DNA from: the human T2T-CHM13v2.0 reference genome, Homo sapiens
Assembly (NCBI RefSeq): GCF_009914755.1
Contig: NC_060938.1
Direction: 5' to 3' (one strand)
Length of the DNA: 64,000 bases
Shown: positions 34,312 to 48,299 of the stretch, one piece after another
Layout of the letters: the number at the start of each line of letters is the position of its first letter
Position numbering within the stretch: position 1 is the first letter of the stretch
Program-made: the position numbers and the translations under genes
The notes under the pieces: model-generated
What the model was told of the DNA's origin: nothing
What the model saw: only the letters and a program-made list of their open reading frames with translations
Database searches by the model: none

Positions 34312-37019
34312 GTTATGAGCCACCTAAAGCTGGGGGTGGAGTGACACAAGCATCCCTATGGCCACCACCACTATGACTGTGCTGGTTCAGACCTGAAGCC
34401 AGCACAGCACTGGGTCCCGCCCAAGGCCTGCTGCAAACACTCCCTGGCTACTGCCTGTGTTTACTCAAGGCCCTGGGGCTCTACAGGCAGCAGGTGGCAA
34501 AGCCAGCTCTACCTGTGTGCTTCCCTTCAGGGCAGCAAGTTCTCCCAGGCCCCTGTTGGGTCCAAGAGGTGCCTTCCAGGAGTCAGGGACTAGAGTTGAA
34601 AGCCTTAGAAGTCTACCAGGTGTTCTGTTTTACTGTGGCTGCACTGGCACTCAAATCACAAGATGCAGTTCTTCCCACTCTTCCATCCCCTTTCCAAAAC
34701 CAGGGGAGCCTCACCCTATGGCCACCAGCACAGACCATGGAGAGTACTGCCAGACTACCACCGATGTTCCCTTAAGATTCAAGGGCTCTTATGTCAGCTT
34801 ATGGTGAATGCTGCCTGGCCTGGGACTCATCTTTCAGGGAAGTGGGCTCCCCTCTGGCCCAGAGCAAGTCCAGAAATGCCATCTAAGAGTCAAGTCCTGG
34901 AATTGGGGACCCCAAGAGCCCACTTGTTACTCTACCCCTCTGTAGCCAAGCTGATATCTAAGATGCGAGACCAAGTCCTCTTTACTTTTCCCTCTGCTCT
35001 CCTCAAGCAGAAGGAGTTTTGCCCTGTAGCCACCACACATGGAAATCTGCTAAGTCTCACCTGAAGCCGCAAGTCTCAGGGACTCATCCAAGGCCCTCTA
35101 CATAGTACCTGGGTATTACTGCTGGTTTTTCAGGGTTCAAAGGGTCTACAGTTAGCAGGTGATTAATGCTGCCAGGACTTGGACCTTCCTTTCAAGGTAG
35201 TGGGTTTCCTTCTGGCCTAGGATCATGTCTAGAGATGTCATCTGGGAGCTAGGTCCTGGAACGGGGGCCTTAAAATTTTGACTGCTGCCCTATCCTGCTG
35301 TGGTTGAGCTGGTATCTGAGATGCAAGACAGTCAGAGTGGATCATCATTAAATTGGTGTACTTGTCAAGAGGTACAAGGGGAATGATTAGGGAGCCTTCT
35401 ATTCTGGTATCTTGCTCTGCCCCATCCGCTATTATGGATGAGAACACTGAGGTGGGGAAAATTGAAGTAACTTACTCAAGGTCATAAAGTTAGTAAGTGA
35501 TAGAGCCAATAGTCACACCTAGAAACCGTTTCAGAATCTGCCCCTATGTAGACTCAAAAGTCCCTAGGTCAAAGATCTATTACTTGAAAGAGAAAAGCAC
35601 ATAGTTTGCTCTTTTGTTCCTTATTCCATTCTGAATACTTGACAGCCGGCTGGAGGAAGTCAGGGAGTCAACATTTTAAGTCTTGGAAATTAAAATTTAT
35701 AGAACAGGGCCTTTAAAAGGATTTCAAATTAACAATAAAATGTGCACCATTGACAAGTAATTACTCTGAAAAGGAGTATCACTGATTTACTTTTACAGAA
35801 TAAAGGAAGAAAAGAGCTAAGCAGTTCATATGCTTTAAGAAATGTTTCCTAAAACCTCAGTGCATAATTTTCAGAAATAAAAATAAGACCAATTTCATCA
35901 AGTCTTTTAGGGGGAATTTCTCATGTCCACTATAACCAATTTCAAATGGTATCATAAGTAATCTCACTTCCTCTGACCCCAAAACCACATTTAAAGGAGA
36001 TGAGTTTGAAAGACAGGATACAATGTTTTAGCAGTTTTGATGTATAAGAAAAGTAGCCATGATTCCTACAGGTGCCTGGATCATCCCTGCTGCTCTAACT
36101 TGGAGCCATTACAAACTTAGTAATGATGCTGTTGGCAAAGTTGCAAATAAAGAATTACAGTAACTCAGTCTAACCATAACAAAAGCATACAAAACACTTT
36201 CAAATTCAATAGACATCAAACAGGACTTAATCCTTTCTACATATCATAGATACATTTAAAAAAACTATTATATTAACCACGTATATCCATCAAAAGAAAA
36301 CCACGTATATTCATCAACAGTCTTTTATTAGGTTTTTTCCCCACCACATATTAAAAACCCGTCACCTAACACTTCTTTGGAAATAATTTTAAATAATTGG
36401 ATACAGTTCAGGACTGCCTTATAAGAAAAATTGGCTGGGTTAAGGTTGAAATTCAAAGGTAGATTTAATATAAATAAATATTATTCACACTACTGTCTGA
36501 GGGTGGTGGGAAAACCCACAGAACATTTTTACAGGCAGTCCCAGTGCAGTTTTCTAGAGTAAAAGAAAATGGAATAGCAGCCCAATTCTTTCTGATTACA
36601 TATTTTGCTAGAAGAAGATGCTGAATGATTCCTATGAAGTAGAGAGTTCTGCCCTTGATTTGAGAAGGCAGAGATACAGCTGTGTACTCATTTTATATGT
36701 GGTGTTTGCACTGCTGCTGTCAGACAGACCAGATTCATGGAAGTCAAGGGCTGTCATGCTAATCTAGAAAGAGGAAAGGGAGATCTCACCCATCTTTACT
36801 TATTGTCTTGAAAATCAGACAGAACAGCATTTGGCCTCTGAAACCAGAGAATGAATGTTTCTACTCTTAACTGATCTCTTAAATTACTTAAATGTAACTT
36901 TCTTTGTTAGTACATTCAAATAAGGAAAAAACTGGAAGAACATAATTGCAAAGGTATCTCAGTGCTCTCCACTCAAGTAAGTATAGGATGGGAACAGTGA
37001 ATCTGATCCATCATAGTTT

Positions 37020-37235
37020 AGAGGCTTAAGTGTGGATTCAAGTTGCTTGGGTTTGTCCTAGCTCTACCTCTTTCTGACAGATCATCTTCCTGAAAGCTCC
37101 AGGTTTCTTATCTTACAAACAGGGATAATGATATTACTTACCTTAAGAAGTGGTTGTGAGTGTTAAATGAGACAATATATAAATGAAGACTGCTTAAAAT
37201 AGGGCCTGCCTACTAAGAGCTCAATATATTTTAGC
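37020..37235 (+). mobile_element. MIR SINE
   Basis: ttgggtttgtcctagctctacc...ggtttcttatcttacaaacagggataatgata...ggttgtgagtgttaaatgaga. Confidence 0.65.
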
Positions 37236-39217
37236 AGTCAGCATTAGAATTCTAAAGCATGAAACTGTAGTTTCAAAAAAGCATTAACATTTAATAAAGC
37301 AGGGTTATAGTAAATAGATAAAGCAAATTCCTTGGGGTTTCACCTACTTTGGTGAGTTGTATGATCTCTAGGAACTGAATTATCTATTAATTGGATCATT
37401 GACCTGCTTACTACCTAGATAAAACCATAAGAGAACTTTTTTCCCTCCCAAGACTAGGAAAAAAGGAGATAGTCAGTATACCTCCCAAGTTTGCCCTTTG
37501 ACCTGGGAAGGAAGAGCTCTTTTGGGGTGGTAAAAACCAAGTCCCAGATTATTAAGGGTGGGTCTTCACTTTCAGGCTACTTTTCCTCTTTTGAGCAAGG
37601 CGGCACACCATTTACTTCGAGTCCATTTTCTACTCCAACTTCTGTCTCCATGACCTTCTTTTGTAAACCCTCTTTTTACCTCTTGTTTCTCCAAAATTAT
37701 TGCATTATGAGTGCACACACAAGTGTACACACACACACATATACACACACAATTAGACCTTCATTTAAGGAGAGAAACAAAATTTATATTTTAATGACCA
37801 TATTGAATTGCCATTCATCTTCTGTAACTTTTACTACAACATGATTCTTTTATAATTGGCCAATTAATAGTATTTATTGAGTATCATCACTAGTTTCTGT
37901 TAGTTGGCAACCCTATGACCTAGGACTTTCAGCTGTGTAATCTCAGGAAGTAAGTTTTCTTTGCCTGAGACTATTTATAAATTTAGGTTTTTTTGATTGA
38001 GAAGATTCCTTTCAACGCTAGCCTTCTTGTGATTCTGTAAGAGCTACCTTTTTCCATTGGTAAATTTTTCAATTATAGATGTCATTTAATTTCTTTAAAC
38101 AGCACTTTCAGCTTGGCACAAAATTTTAAGTAGATCAGCCAATAGCCAATTCTGTATACCAGGATTTATGTTTCCCTCATCGAAAATGATACTGCAAAAG
38201 GAAAGAAGCATCTTTTGAACTAAAATTGCAGTGTTCTTGCCTTTAGCACACGGTAGCAGTCTTTCTCTTTGTACCCATTTCCTTTCTAGCATTATAATAT
38301 TCAGCACAGACACTGGCCCAAAGAGGGAAGTAAAAAGTCTTCCCATTTATGAATTTCAGCCTCGATAGCCATACTGATAACGTGAATATATTTTTACTGG
38401 CTTATAAATTAACAGAGACTTGTTTGATTGAGTCGTTTTTAAAGTGAAAAGAAATACACTAATAAACTGCTAGTGCGGTGATGGCAAACAAATGTACAGA
38501 TCTATAAGATATGTAAGACATACAATTCTCAGTTAAAATTAATGACCAAGTTGAAGAGATGGAGGATTTGAATCTGGAAGGACTAACCAGAAACCCTACA
38601 ATCATAGGCCTAGCCTCTTCCTTTCTCATCTCTTAGGTAACTTGAAGTCCTTCACAATATATGTAGAGGCTTATAGTATATCCTTGCCTGTCCTTTTGGT
38701 ATCAGTTTTCCACATTGTATTATTTTAGGCAAGTTTCTTACAAATTGCATTCTACCCAAATCTGACAGTTTCTATCTTCTAATAAGAATATTAAGCCCAT
38801 TCATATTTATTTCCTTGATTAAGATTACTGATCTTTTTTCATCTTATGACATTCTTTCATTTAGGCACTGGGCTGAGTTTTAGCAATACCACAAAGCTTA
38901 TATTATGGGCTAGTTTAAATATTTTGCTACATGGAATGTTATTTTCTTTGTTTCCACTGCAGTGAATTGGAAGGATTTTTTTTAATTACGTATTTTCTTT
39001 ATTTACAGTGCCAAGATTGAATCAGATGCCACTTTTACAATTTAAAAATGAGCTTTTTTTTCCTGTGTCCTCCAGCCTATTTCCCTATTTTTGTTGATAT
39101 TATATAATCTTAGATTTAATTTTTAGGTTTTATGATTATTTTACTAATATAATTATGTCCTTTTTCACACCTTCAAGTATTTCTTTTGACATTTGCATTA
39201 TATTGAAAGTAATTCAG

Positions 39218-39895
39218 GTCTAGCTTGGAGGCTCATTCTTGTAATCATAGCACTTTCGGAGACCAAAGCAGTAGGATCAATTGACGTCAGGAGTTTGAGA
39301 CCAGCCTGGGCAACATAGTAAGACCCCATCTCTACAAAAAAAAAAAGATTGTGCTCAATTATCTAAGTGTGGTGGTGGGTGCCTGTAGTCTTAGATACTT
39401 AGGAGGCTGAGGTGAGAAGATTGCTTCACCCCAGGGGTTCAAGGGTACAGTGAGCTACAATTGTGCACTGTAGCCTGGACAAGAGAGCAGGACTGGGTCA
39501 CTAAATTATTTTTGTTTTTTTTTTTTTTTGTTTTTTTTTCAGACGGAGTCTCACTCTGTCGCCCACGCTGGAGTGCAGTGGTGTGATCTCGGCTCACTGC
39601 AAGCCCGGGTTCACGCCATTCTCCTGCCTCAGCCTCCCGAGTAGCTGGGACTACAGGCGCCTGCCACCGCGCCCGGCTAATTTTTTTGTATTTTTAGTAG
39701 AGATGGGGTTTCACCATGTTAGCCAGGATGGTCTCCATCTCCTGACCTCGTGATCCACCCCCTTGGCCTCTCAAAGTGCTGGGATTACAGGCGTGAGCCA
39801 CCGCGCCCAGCCTGTTCATTCTTTATACTGCACTCTAGCCTGGGCAAGATAGTGGGACTGGGTTGCTAAATAATTTTTTTTAATGAATAAAAATA
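39218..39895 (+). mobile_element. AluJ-like element with a duplicated 3' end, hosting an inverted younger Alu
   Basis: Dimeric Alu from 39218; perfect TSD aaagtaattcag at 39206-39217 and 39896-39907. Confidence 0.8.
39514..39812 (-). mobile_element. AluY-like element (CpG-rich, small internal deletion)
   Basis: Poly-T, then agacggagtctcactctgtcgccc...ctgcaagcccgggttcacgccattctc...gagccaccgcgcccagcc. Confidence 0.92.
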
Positions 39896-41261
39896 AAAGT
39901 AATTCAGAATTAATTATATTATTTTCATTGCTGAACTTCAGTTTTTTTTCATATCACAACTTTCCACTAAAAATGTATTTTTAGTACTGGCTATTGGATC
40001 ATCTTCTAATAATTTTCACAGGAAAAGTCCATTCCTAGTATTTTTTCCAAACCCTTGTGTGTCAGAAAATGTATTTTACTTTTACCTCACATATAAACAA
40101 TAGCTTGGCTGAATATAAAATTTTTCTAAGGGCAGCATAATCTTTTGTCATCAAAATTGCTAATGATTCTTTTGGAATTTATAGTCATTAAAGAGAAGAT
40201 ATGCTTCTCTTTTATGTGTGAGTTGTAGCTTTTGTTTTAGTTTCATTTATGTAGGACTAGGTATCTGTCTCTTTTCACTTTTTTTTTTTTTTTTTTTTGC
40301 TGGGAACTTGGTGAGTCCTAAATGATTTTGAAAATCCTACTTTAGATCAGGAAAGTTTTACCCGCTGTTTGATTATCGTAATTTCTCTATATGTTTAGTT
40401 TCGTCTTTTTGGAAGTCCTGCTCTGCGCATATTGAATCTCCCAGATCTTGCCTTCACTTAAAAAAATCTATTTTTATTTTTGTTTCTTCATCTAGGGACT
40501 TCTGGTAGAATTCTCAAGCTTGTTTTCTGTTTCTGCAGAACCTAATTTTGTAATTCATTGTTTTCATTGCAATTTTTAATTCAACAGAAGTTCTTTTCAT
40601 TTTTATACAATCTTTACTGATCTTAAATTGTTCTGTCTTCAAAAGTACCAACTTATCTCAGTGCCATGAATGCAATATCCTTGTGCATATTTTCAAGACA
40701 TGAATTGTTTTCTCTTTTTTGATATTAACTTATTTCAGTATTGTTCTGAGTCTTCAAATTGGGCCCTCATTTGAACTACAGTGTCTGTTGATGTGTGTTG
40801 ATTTTTCTGTCCCTTTTTAAGGAGTTTTTGTTTTCTAACACTGGGTGTTGAGATAGATCCTCTTTGAAATATTATATAAATGGCTCCCTGTACAGATATT
40901 TCAGTCTGAGACAAAAACCAAAGGGAAATTGTAGATTTTCTTCAATTTTATTAAAATTCAGGGATGAGAAACACCATATGTGCGGAATAGCAAATTGTTT
41001 ATTGATATTGAAGCATAGGGTAAACTGTCTGATGTCAAGTGGGGCTGCAAGCAAAGCAAGTAGCCTACTCTTTGTTAATTTACCAGGGATGTCCTCAGTG
41101 TTCCAGAGCAGGAGGGTGGTCTTGCAGAGCATGTTTCAACCAACCTGGAAGGAGAAAGTCCTATTAGGAGGTTGCTATTCTGTAACTTAGGTGATATGCC
41201 CTGAGGGTTTGATATGGGACAATTACAGTGAGAGGGAAGAGACTGGATTTCCACCCCCCAC

Positions 41262-44200
41262 CTCCCAGCTTTATTAAGGTATAACAGACAAATAAGAATT
41301 GAACATATTTACAGTGTACATTGTGATGTTTTGATATATGTATATGTCGTGACATGATTAAATCAAGCTAATTAGCATATCCATCACCTCATATACTTGT
41401 CATTTTTCTTGCTTTCTAACTGAAACTTTGTCACCCTTTGACTAAAATCTCTTCACCCCTGTCACCCCCATCCCCTAGCCCAGTCTCTGGCAACTGCCAT
41501 TCTAATCTCTTCTCTGAGTTCAATTTATTAAAATTTTACATATAAATGAGATCACGCAGTATTTGTCTTTCTGTGCCTGGCTTATTTCACTTAATATAAT
41601 GTCTTCCAGGTTCATCCATGTTGTCACAAATGACAGGATTTCTTTCTTTTTTAAGACTGAATAGCATTTCATTATGTGTGTGTGTGTAAGTGTGTGTATG
41701 TGTATGAATGTGTTTATCCCACATTTTCTATATCCATTGATCAGTTTGGTTTTTTCCATATCTTGATTATTATGAATAATGCAATGAAAATGGTAGTGCA
41801 GACATCTTTTTGACATACTGATTTTACTTCCTTAGGATATATATCCAGAAGTGGTATTGCTGGATCATGTGGTAGTTCTGCTTTTAATTTTTTTAGGAAA
41901 CTTCATATTGTTTTCCATATTTATATTAATTTACATTCCCAACAACAGTGTACAAGGGTTCCCTTTTCTCCATATCCTTGCTAACACTTGCTATCTTTTC
42001 TCTTTTTGATAATAGCCATTCTAACAGGTGTGAGGTGATATCTCCTTATTGCTTTAATTTGTATTTCTCTGATGATTAGTGATGTTGAGCATTTTTTCAT
42101 AAACCTGTCTTCTGTTGAGAAATATCTGTTCAGGGACTTTGCCTATTTGGATTATTTGTTTTCTTGCTGTTTGGTTAAGTTCCTTGTCTATTTGGGATAT
42201 TAACCCCTTATCAGATGTATGGTTTGTAAATATTTTCTTCCATTCAGTAGGTTGTCTTTTCACTCTGTTGATTGTTTCCTTTCTGTGCAGAGCTTTTTAG
42301 TTTGATGTAATTCTATCAATCTGTTTTTGTTTCTTGTGTTTTCGAGGTCATATCCCAAAACTCGTTCAGACCAATGTCAAGAAACTTTTCCCCTATGTTT
42401 TCTAGGGGGAAAGTTTATAGCAATTTTGGTTTTATGTTTTACTTTTAAGTCTTTAATCCATTTTGAGTTGATTCTTGTATATGGTGTGAGATAAAGGTCC
42501 AGTTTCATTCTTCTGCATGTGGATATTCAATTTTCCCAACAATTTATTCAAGAGATTGTTATTTTCCCATGGCGTGTTCTTGCTACCTTTGTTGAAAATA
42601 AATTGATCATGAATGTGTGGATTTATTTTGGGGCTCTCTCTTCTGTTCAATTGGACTACATGTGTTTGTTTTTAATGTGAGTACCATGCTGTTTTGATTA
42701 CTATAGCTTTGTGGTATATTTTGATATCAGGAAGTGTGATCTCTCCAGCTTTTTACTTTTTGCTTAATATTATTTTGGCTCTATAGGGTCTTTTGTAGTT
42801 CTACATAAATTTTATAATTATTTTTTCTATTTCTATAGAAAAAGTCATTGGAATTTTGATCTGTCCATTATTGAAAGCAGGGTATTGAAGGCTCCTACTA
42901 TAATTGTATTGCTATTTCTCTCTTCGTTTCTGTCAATATTTGCTTTAGATATAAAGGTGCTCTGGTGTTGGGTGCATATATATTTATAATTGTTATATCC
43001 TTTAGATGAATTTACGCCTTTATCATTATAAAATGACCATCTTTGTCTCTTGTGAAAGTTTTTGTCTGATAAAAGTATAGCCACCCTGCTCTCTTTTGGT
43101 TACCATTTGCATGGAGTATGCAACTGATGTTAACAGCTTAACTGTGACCACATACAAAAACTACATTTTAACTTCTCCTCCTCCCCCATTTTGCTGATGT
43201 CACAATTCACATATCTTACATATGTAATGTAAAATGTATTCATTACCAAACTATTTTAGCTATAATTATTTTATTACTTTTGTCTTTTACCTTTTATACT
43301 AGAGTTACAAGTGATTTATGCACCACCACTTTATTGGAATATTCTGAATTTGACTTTATCTTTACATTTACACTAAGTTTTATACTTTCATGTGTTTTCA
43401 TGTTTTTAGCATCCTTTTGTTTCAACTTGAACTTCCTTTAGCATTTCTTGTAAGGCAGGTTTAGTGGTGATGAACTTCCACAACTTTTATTTCTCTAGGA
43501 AAATCCTTATCTCTCCTTTATTTCTGAAGGACATCATTGCCAAATATGGTATTCTTGGTTGCCAAGAATACTTTCTTTTCCTTTAGCACTTTGAATATAT
43601 CTTCCCACTCTTTCCTGCCCCGCAAAGTTTCTGCTGAAAAATCTGCTGATAGTGTTAAAGCTACCCTTGTAAATAATGAGTTGCTTTTCTCATGCTGCTT
43701 TCAATATTCTCTCTTTGTCTTTGACTTTTGAGAATTTGATTATAATTTGTCCTGGTGAAGATATCTGTATTTAATTGATTTGGGGTTCTTTGAGATTCTT
43801 AGATCTGAATGTTCATGTCCCTCTTCAGATTTTGGAAATTTTCTCTCACTGTTTCTTTAAATAAGCTTTTTGCCCCCTTCTCTGGCTTTGCTTATTCTGA
43901 GACTTTCATATGCATGCATTGGTTCACTTGGTGTGGCTCAATAAGTACTGTTGGCTTTCTTCACTCATTTTCATTATTTTTTTCTTTTTGTTCTACTTAC
44001 TAGGTAATCTCAAACAATGTTTTCAAGCTCTGTGGTTTTTTTTCTTCTTCTTGAGTCTGCTGTTGAAGCTCTTTATGGAATTTTTTGGTTCAGTCATTAT
44101 GTTATTTAGCTCCAAAATTTCTCTTTGGTTCATTTTTATTGTTTCTTTTTGTTGAACTGTAGTTTTGTTTGTGTATTGCTTACCAGATTTTGTTTAGTTG

Positions 44201-46110
44201 TTTAATTTTATTGTTGTTTGTTAGTTTTGTTAGTTGTTTGTTTTGTTTAGTTGTTTATTTGTGTTCTCTTGTAGCCCACTGAGATTAAGGCAATTATTAT
44301 TATTATTATTATTATTATTAATTTTTGAGACAGGATCTCACTCTCTCTCCCAGGCTGTAGTGTAGCAGCATGATCTTGGGTCACTGCAGCTTCAACCTCT
44401 TGGGCTCAAGGGTTCCCTCCACCTTAGCCTCCTGAGTAGCTGACACTACAGGTGAATACCACCACACCCAGCAACTTTTTGAATTTTTTGTACAGACAAG
44501 GTTTCACCATGTTGCCCAGCTGGTCTCAAACTCCTGGGCTCGAGTGATTCTCCCAAAGTGCTGGGATTACAGGCATGAGCCCAGCCAAGACAATTATTTT
44601 TAATTATTTGCCAAGAAGACATTTAGGGCCACTAACTCATGGTTTATTTTGTTTGTTTGGTACTGTCATGTTTCTCTGATTATTTGTGATCCTTGGGGCT
44701 AGGCATTTGTGCCTGCACATTTCAAGAAGTAGCCACCTATTCCAGTCTTTACAGACTCACTTCATCAGGGAAAACTCTTCACCAGTCAATTGGTCTAGAG
44801 ATTCTGAGTGTGACATCTGGTAGGGTCCATGGCCAGGCTGGCCTGCTACCTGGGTCAGCAGGTGGGTGGGCTTGGCACCTGGATTCATAGGGACTTGCCT
44901 TGAGCCTGGGTCTATAGGATCATGCCTGGAGCTAGGTCCACTGGGATGAGCCTGGAGCTAGAATCTACCAGGACAGGCCTGAAGCTTGTGTCTGTGGTGG
45001 CTGGGTGCAGCCAGGGTTCTCTAGTGTCAACCTGGTACTCTGTGGGCCTTGAGCCTGAGTCTGTGGGGGCTGGCCTAACACTGGGATAGGCCAGTGCTTG
45101 GGTCTTTGGGGATAGGCCTGGAGTCTGAGTCATGGAGGTGGACCTGGCTTCTGGAGCTGTACTAGGGTGAGCCTGGATCCTGGGCTCACAGGGGTAATCC
45201 TGGAGCCTGAGTGTGTGGGTATCAGCCCAGTGCTGGAGTATATTAGGGCACACTGGAGCCTAAGGCAACAGTGACTGGCCTGGAGCCTGGGTCCATGAGG
45301 CGTTGGTCTGGAACCTCTATCATTGGCTTCAGCCCATGGGTTCTAGCCTGGTACCTGGGGCTATGGATGCTGACCTGAAGCCTTGCTCTGCAGGGTAGGG
45401 CGTGGAGGCTGGGTTTGTGCATAATGGCCTGGAGGCTATCTCTGCAGGAGCTAGCTTAGAGCCTAAGGCCACAGGGGCCAGCCTGATGCTGGAATAGGCC
45501 TCCAAGGCTGGTTCCCCAGTAGCTGTCCTGGTGCTAGGGTCTCCTGGGATGGGTTTTGACTGTGAGTCCATTGCAGTGTGATGCTGCAGGGGCTGGCCTG
45601 GAGACTGGGACAGTGGATAGCAGCCTCCTGCCTAGAATCACGGGTGCCATCCTGGTGTCTGAAGTTGCACGTGCTGACCTGGAGCTGGGGTGTGCATGTG
45701 CCAGCCTGACAGTGGGGGAGGCTTGGAGACTGGGTCCATGAGTGCCAAGCTGTAGTCTGGGGCTGCAAAGGCCAGAGTGGTGCCTGGGGTTGTAGGGGCT
45801 AGCCTGGTGCTAGAGTCCCAGATAAAGTCAGGTACTCAATTCATTCTCCTTGCCTCAAATGGTGGGTGTCTTTCCATGTTGTGCTGCCGAGGCTTGGGGA
45901 AGGAGAGACAGCTATAATGTAAAAGTTTCCTTCCTAGCCTTTTCAATACATCTTTTCTTGTCTCTGTGCTACCCCCAAGTGCTGTAATCTCTCATCTGGT
46001 TTCCTTAGCTCTTGTGAAGGTATGTTTGTGTATGAATAGTTGTTCAAATTGATGTGTCTGTTTAGGGGATGAGCACTGGAAAGTCCTATTTTGCCATCTT
46101 GCTGACATCC
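41262..46110 (-). mobile_element. L1MA6-9/L1M3-type LINE-1 with a ~2 kb internal ORF2 deletion, antisense
   Basis: 3' UTR cagctttattaaggtata..atcaagctaattagcatatccatcacctc; ORF2 C-terminal fragments 41520-42650; EN at 42845-43084; 5' end gccatcttgctgacatc (CAAGATGGC on minus) near 46093-46109. Confidence 0.85.
44299..44586 (-). mobile_element. AluJ-like element with (ATT)n tail inserted in the L1
   Basis: tgggctcaag diagnostics; TSD aaggcaattatt (44287) / aagacaattatt (44587). Confidence 0.88.
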
Positions 46111-47159
46111 TCCTAGGAGGCTAGGTTAGAGATGATAGGATTTCTGAACTGGTTTGTTGGTAGGGGTGGGGAAGAGGGAGGAGGTCTTCTGAGAACGCCT
46201 CACTCCCATGAAAAGTCCATCTGTCCCTGGAATGCTAACTGTTGGATCAGCCCAGGCTCCCCTTTAAATAAGGAAGGGAATGTTTAATGAAAGGCATTGT
46301 AAGTAATAGAATGTATGTAAGAATGGAGAGGTTCTGGTAGTTAGAAATGAGAACTAGTTCAAGATGATTTGGGGAGTATAAGTAGAGATATTTTTAATTT
46401 ATTCAACACCCTTCTCTTCAGCAAACATCTGTGTCAAGTGCTGGGCATGGTGGATACTGTGGTGAGCCATATATAGTCCTCTTCCAAGGAACACACAGGC
46501 TAAACGGAGATACAGACAGTGAAACATGCAAGTTGAGTAGGATGTGGATGTGGTTGGATGGGAGTTAACATAGTGTGCTATGGAAGTGCACAAGACATTC
46601 CTGGGAGGGCTTGGGTGTTTTCTCGTGAAGAGAAGTGAGGAAATTCCTGGAATAAGTGACTATAAAATGAGATCTGAAGTGGAGGGGACGAAACAGAACA
46701 ATATATGCATGTGTGGAGGCCTGGAGATAAGCGATGGAAGAAATTCCTGTGTTGTTTTGTGTGCTTATTTGAATATTATTCAAATATGTGTACTTATGAG
46801 TCTGTGTATCTTGTCAACAGACTAAAGTATAAACTTTTAGAAAGTATCTTGAAGTTTTATTTGTTTTGCATGCCCTTTATAGTATTATAGACAATGCCTT
46901 GGAGTCACTAGATACTCAAGAAGTGCTTAGAAGATGGTAGAATATCCTCACCAATTGATACCTGAGCTCATCTAGCTAACTTAGCCTCCTTATTCCGAAG
47001 AGAAGAAAACCAAATCTCTGATAAATTAAATGACTCACCCAGGATCACACAGTCAGAGCCAGCTGGCAGCCTACATCAGAATACCAATCCAGGCCATAGT
47101 CCAGTAACGTTGAACCATTGGTTTCTTGTGGGTTATCCTTGATGGCTTTGTAACTTTCA

Positions 47160-47582
<423 letters not shown>

Positions 47583-48299
47583 TTATTAATACTACTAAGT
47601 ACTATTTTAAACAGAATTAAAAACACATATGACAACAGACCAAGGCTCCTCTGGCATTGGAACTCAGAGATTTACCATCTCAACTTGCAACAGTTTCTCG
47701 TTCCCAGGGGCTTTACTTTTGGGAGCTCAACTCAGCATAGAGTTTGCTAACATTTTTCACCTTGTGTTTATGTTGCACCTCCATACAAGGAGCTTAAAGA
47801 GCTTTACAGACATTAGCTCATTAATCCTCCCAAAACCTCTCAGAGAGGGCGGAGACATAAATCATTATTCCCGTCTGGGAAAAAAAATGGCCTAACTTAT
47901 CTCTTTTAATTTTACTGGTGCTCTAAATGGCTGATTAAATCCCAAGTTATACCCTCTACATTTAGAATATCACATTCTTTTTTCTCAAGGATATTTTTCT
48001 TTCTTTTTTGAAATTAATATTATTAGGATAAGTGTAATAATAGATTGAAAGGTTTGATGTTGAATGTTCTTTTGAGAAGCATAGACTAGGCAGTAACCTA
48101 GGTTCCTCTTTTCCGTCATGCCCTCTGCCTTTTTCCTCGTGCCCTCTGCCTTTTCTCAAAATATCCTTCTTTATTTTTCTTTAGTCATGATTGGGAGAAA
48201 TGACTTTTAGGAAATGGAAGGATGTTTCAAGACCCATTTACTCCTTATCCAAGCCAAGACCACCAGCAAAAGAGCCAATGAGTGTCTGTTTAGTCATGC

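Larger units (their letters stand above)
27989..35426 (-). mobile_element. Near full-length L1MA1-3-type LINE-1, antisense to AKAP6, decayed
   Basis: L1MA-type 3' UTR (tggagaatggggtatccatcccctcaag); ORF2 fragments 28372-30931; EN, ORF1 and 5' UTR; 5' terminus GATGGGGCAGAGCAAGAT.. on the minus strand; TSD-like cgctatt at 27982-27988 and 35427-35433. It splits a MIR. Confidence 0.9.
38700..40850 (-). mobile_element. Highly decayed ancient L1 (L1ME/L1M5-like) fragments interrupted by Alus
   Basis: Weak resemblance (aatctgacagtttctatcttctaata..; atagcttggctgaatataaaatt); boundaries uncertain. Confidence 0.4.

Noticed and set aside
36276-36318. Short direct repeats (also 24084-24131, 48115-48155, 51204-51234) as CRISPR-like or functional arrays
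   Set aside because: Two-copy slippage duplications in eukaryotic DNA, with no spacer array or associated genes.
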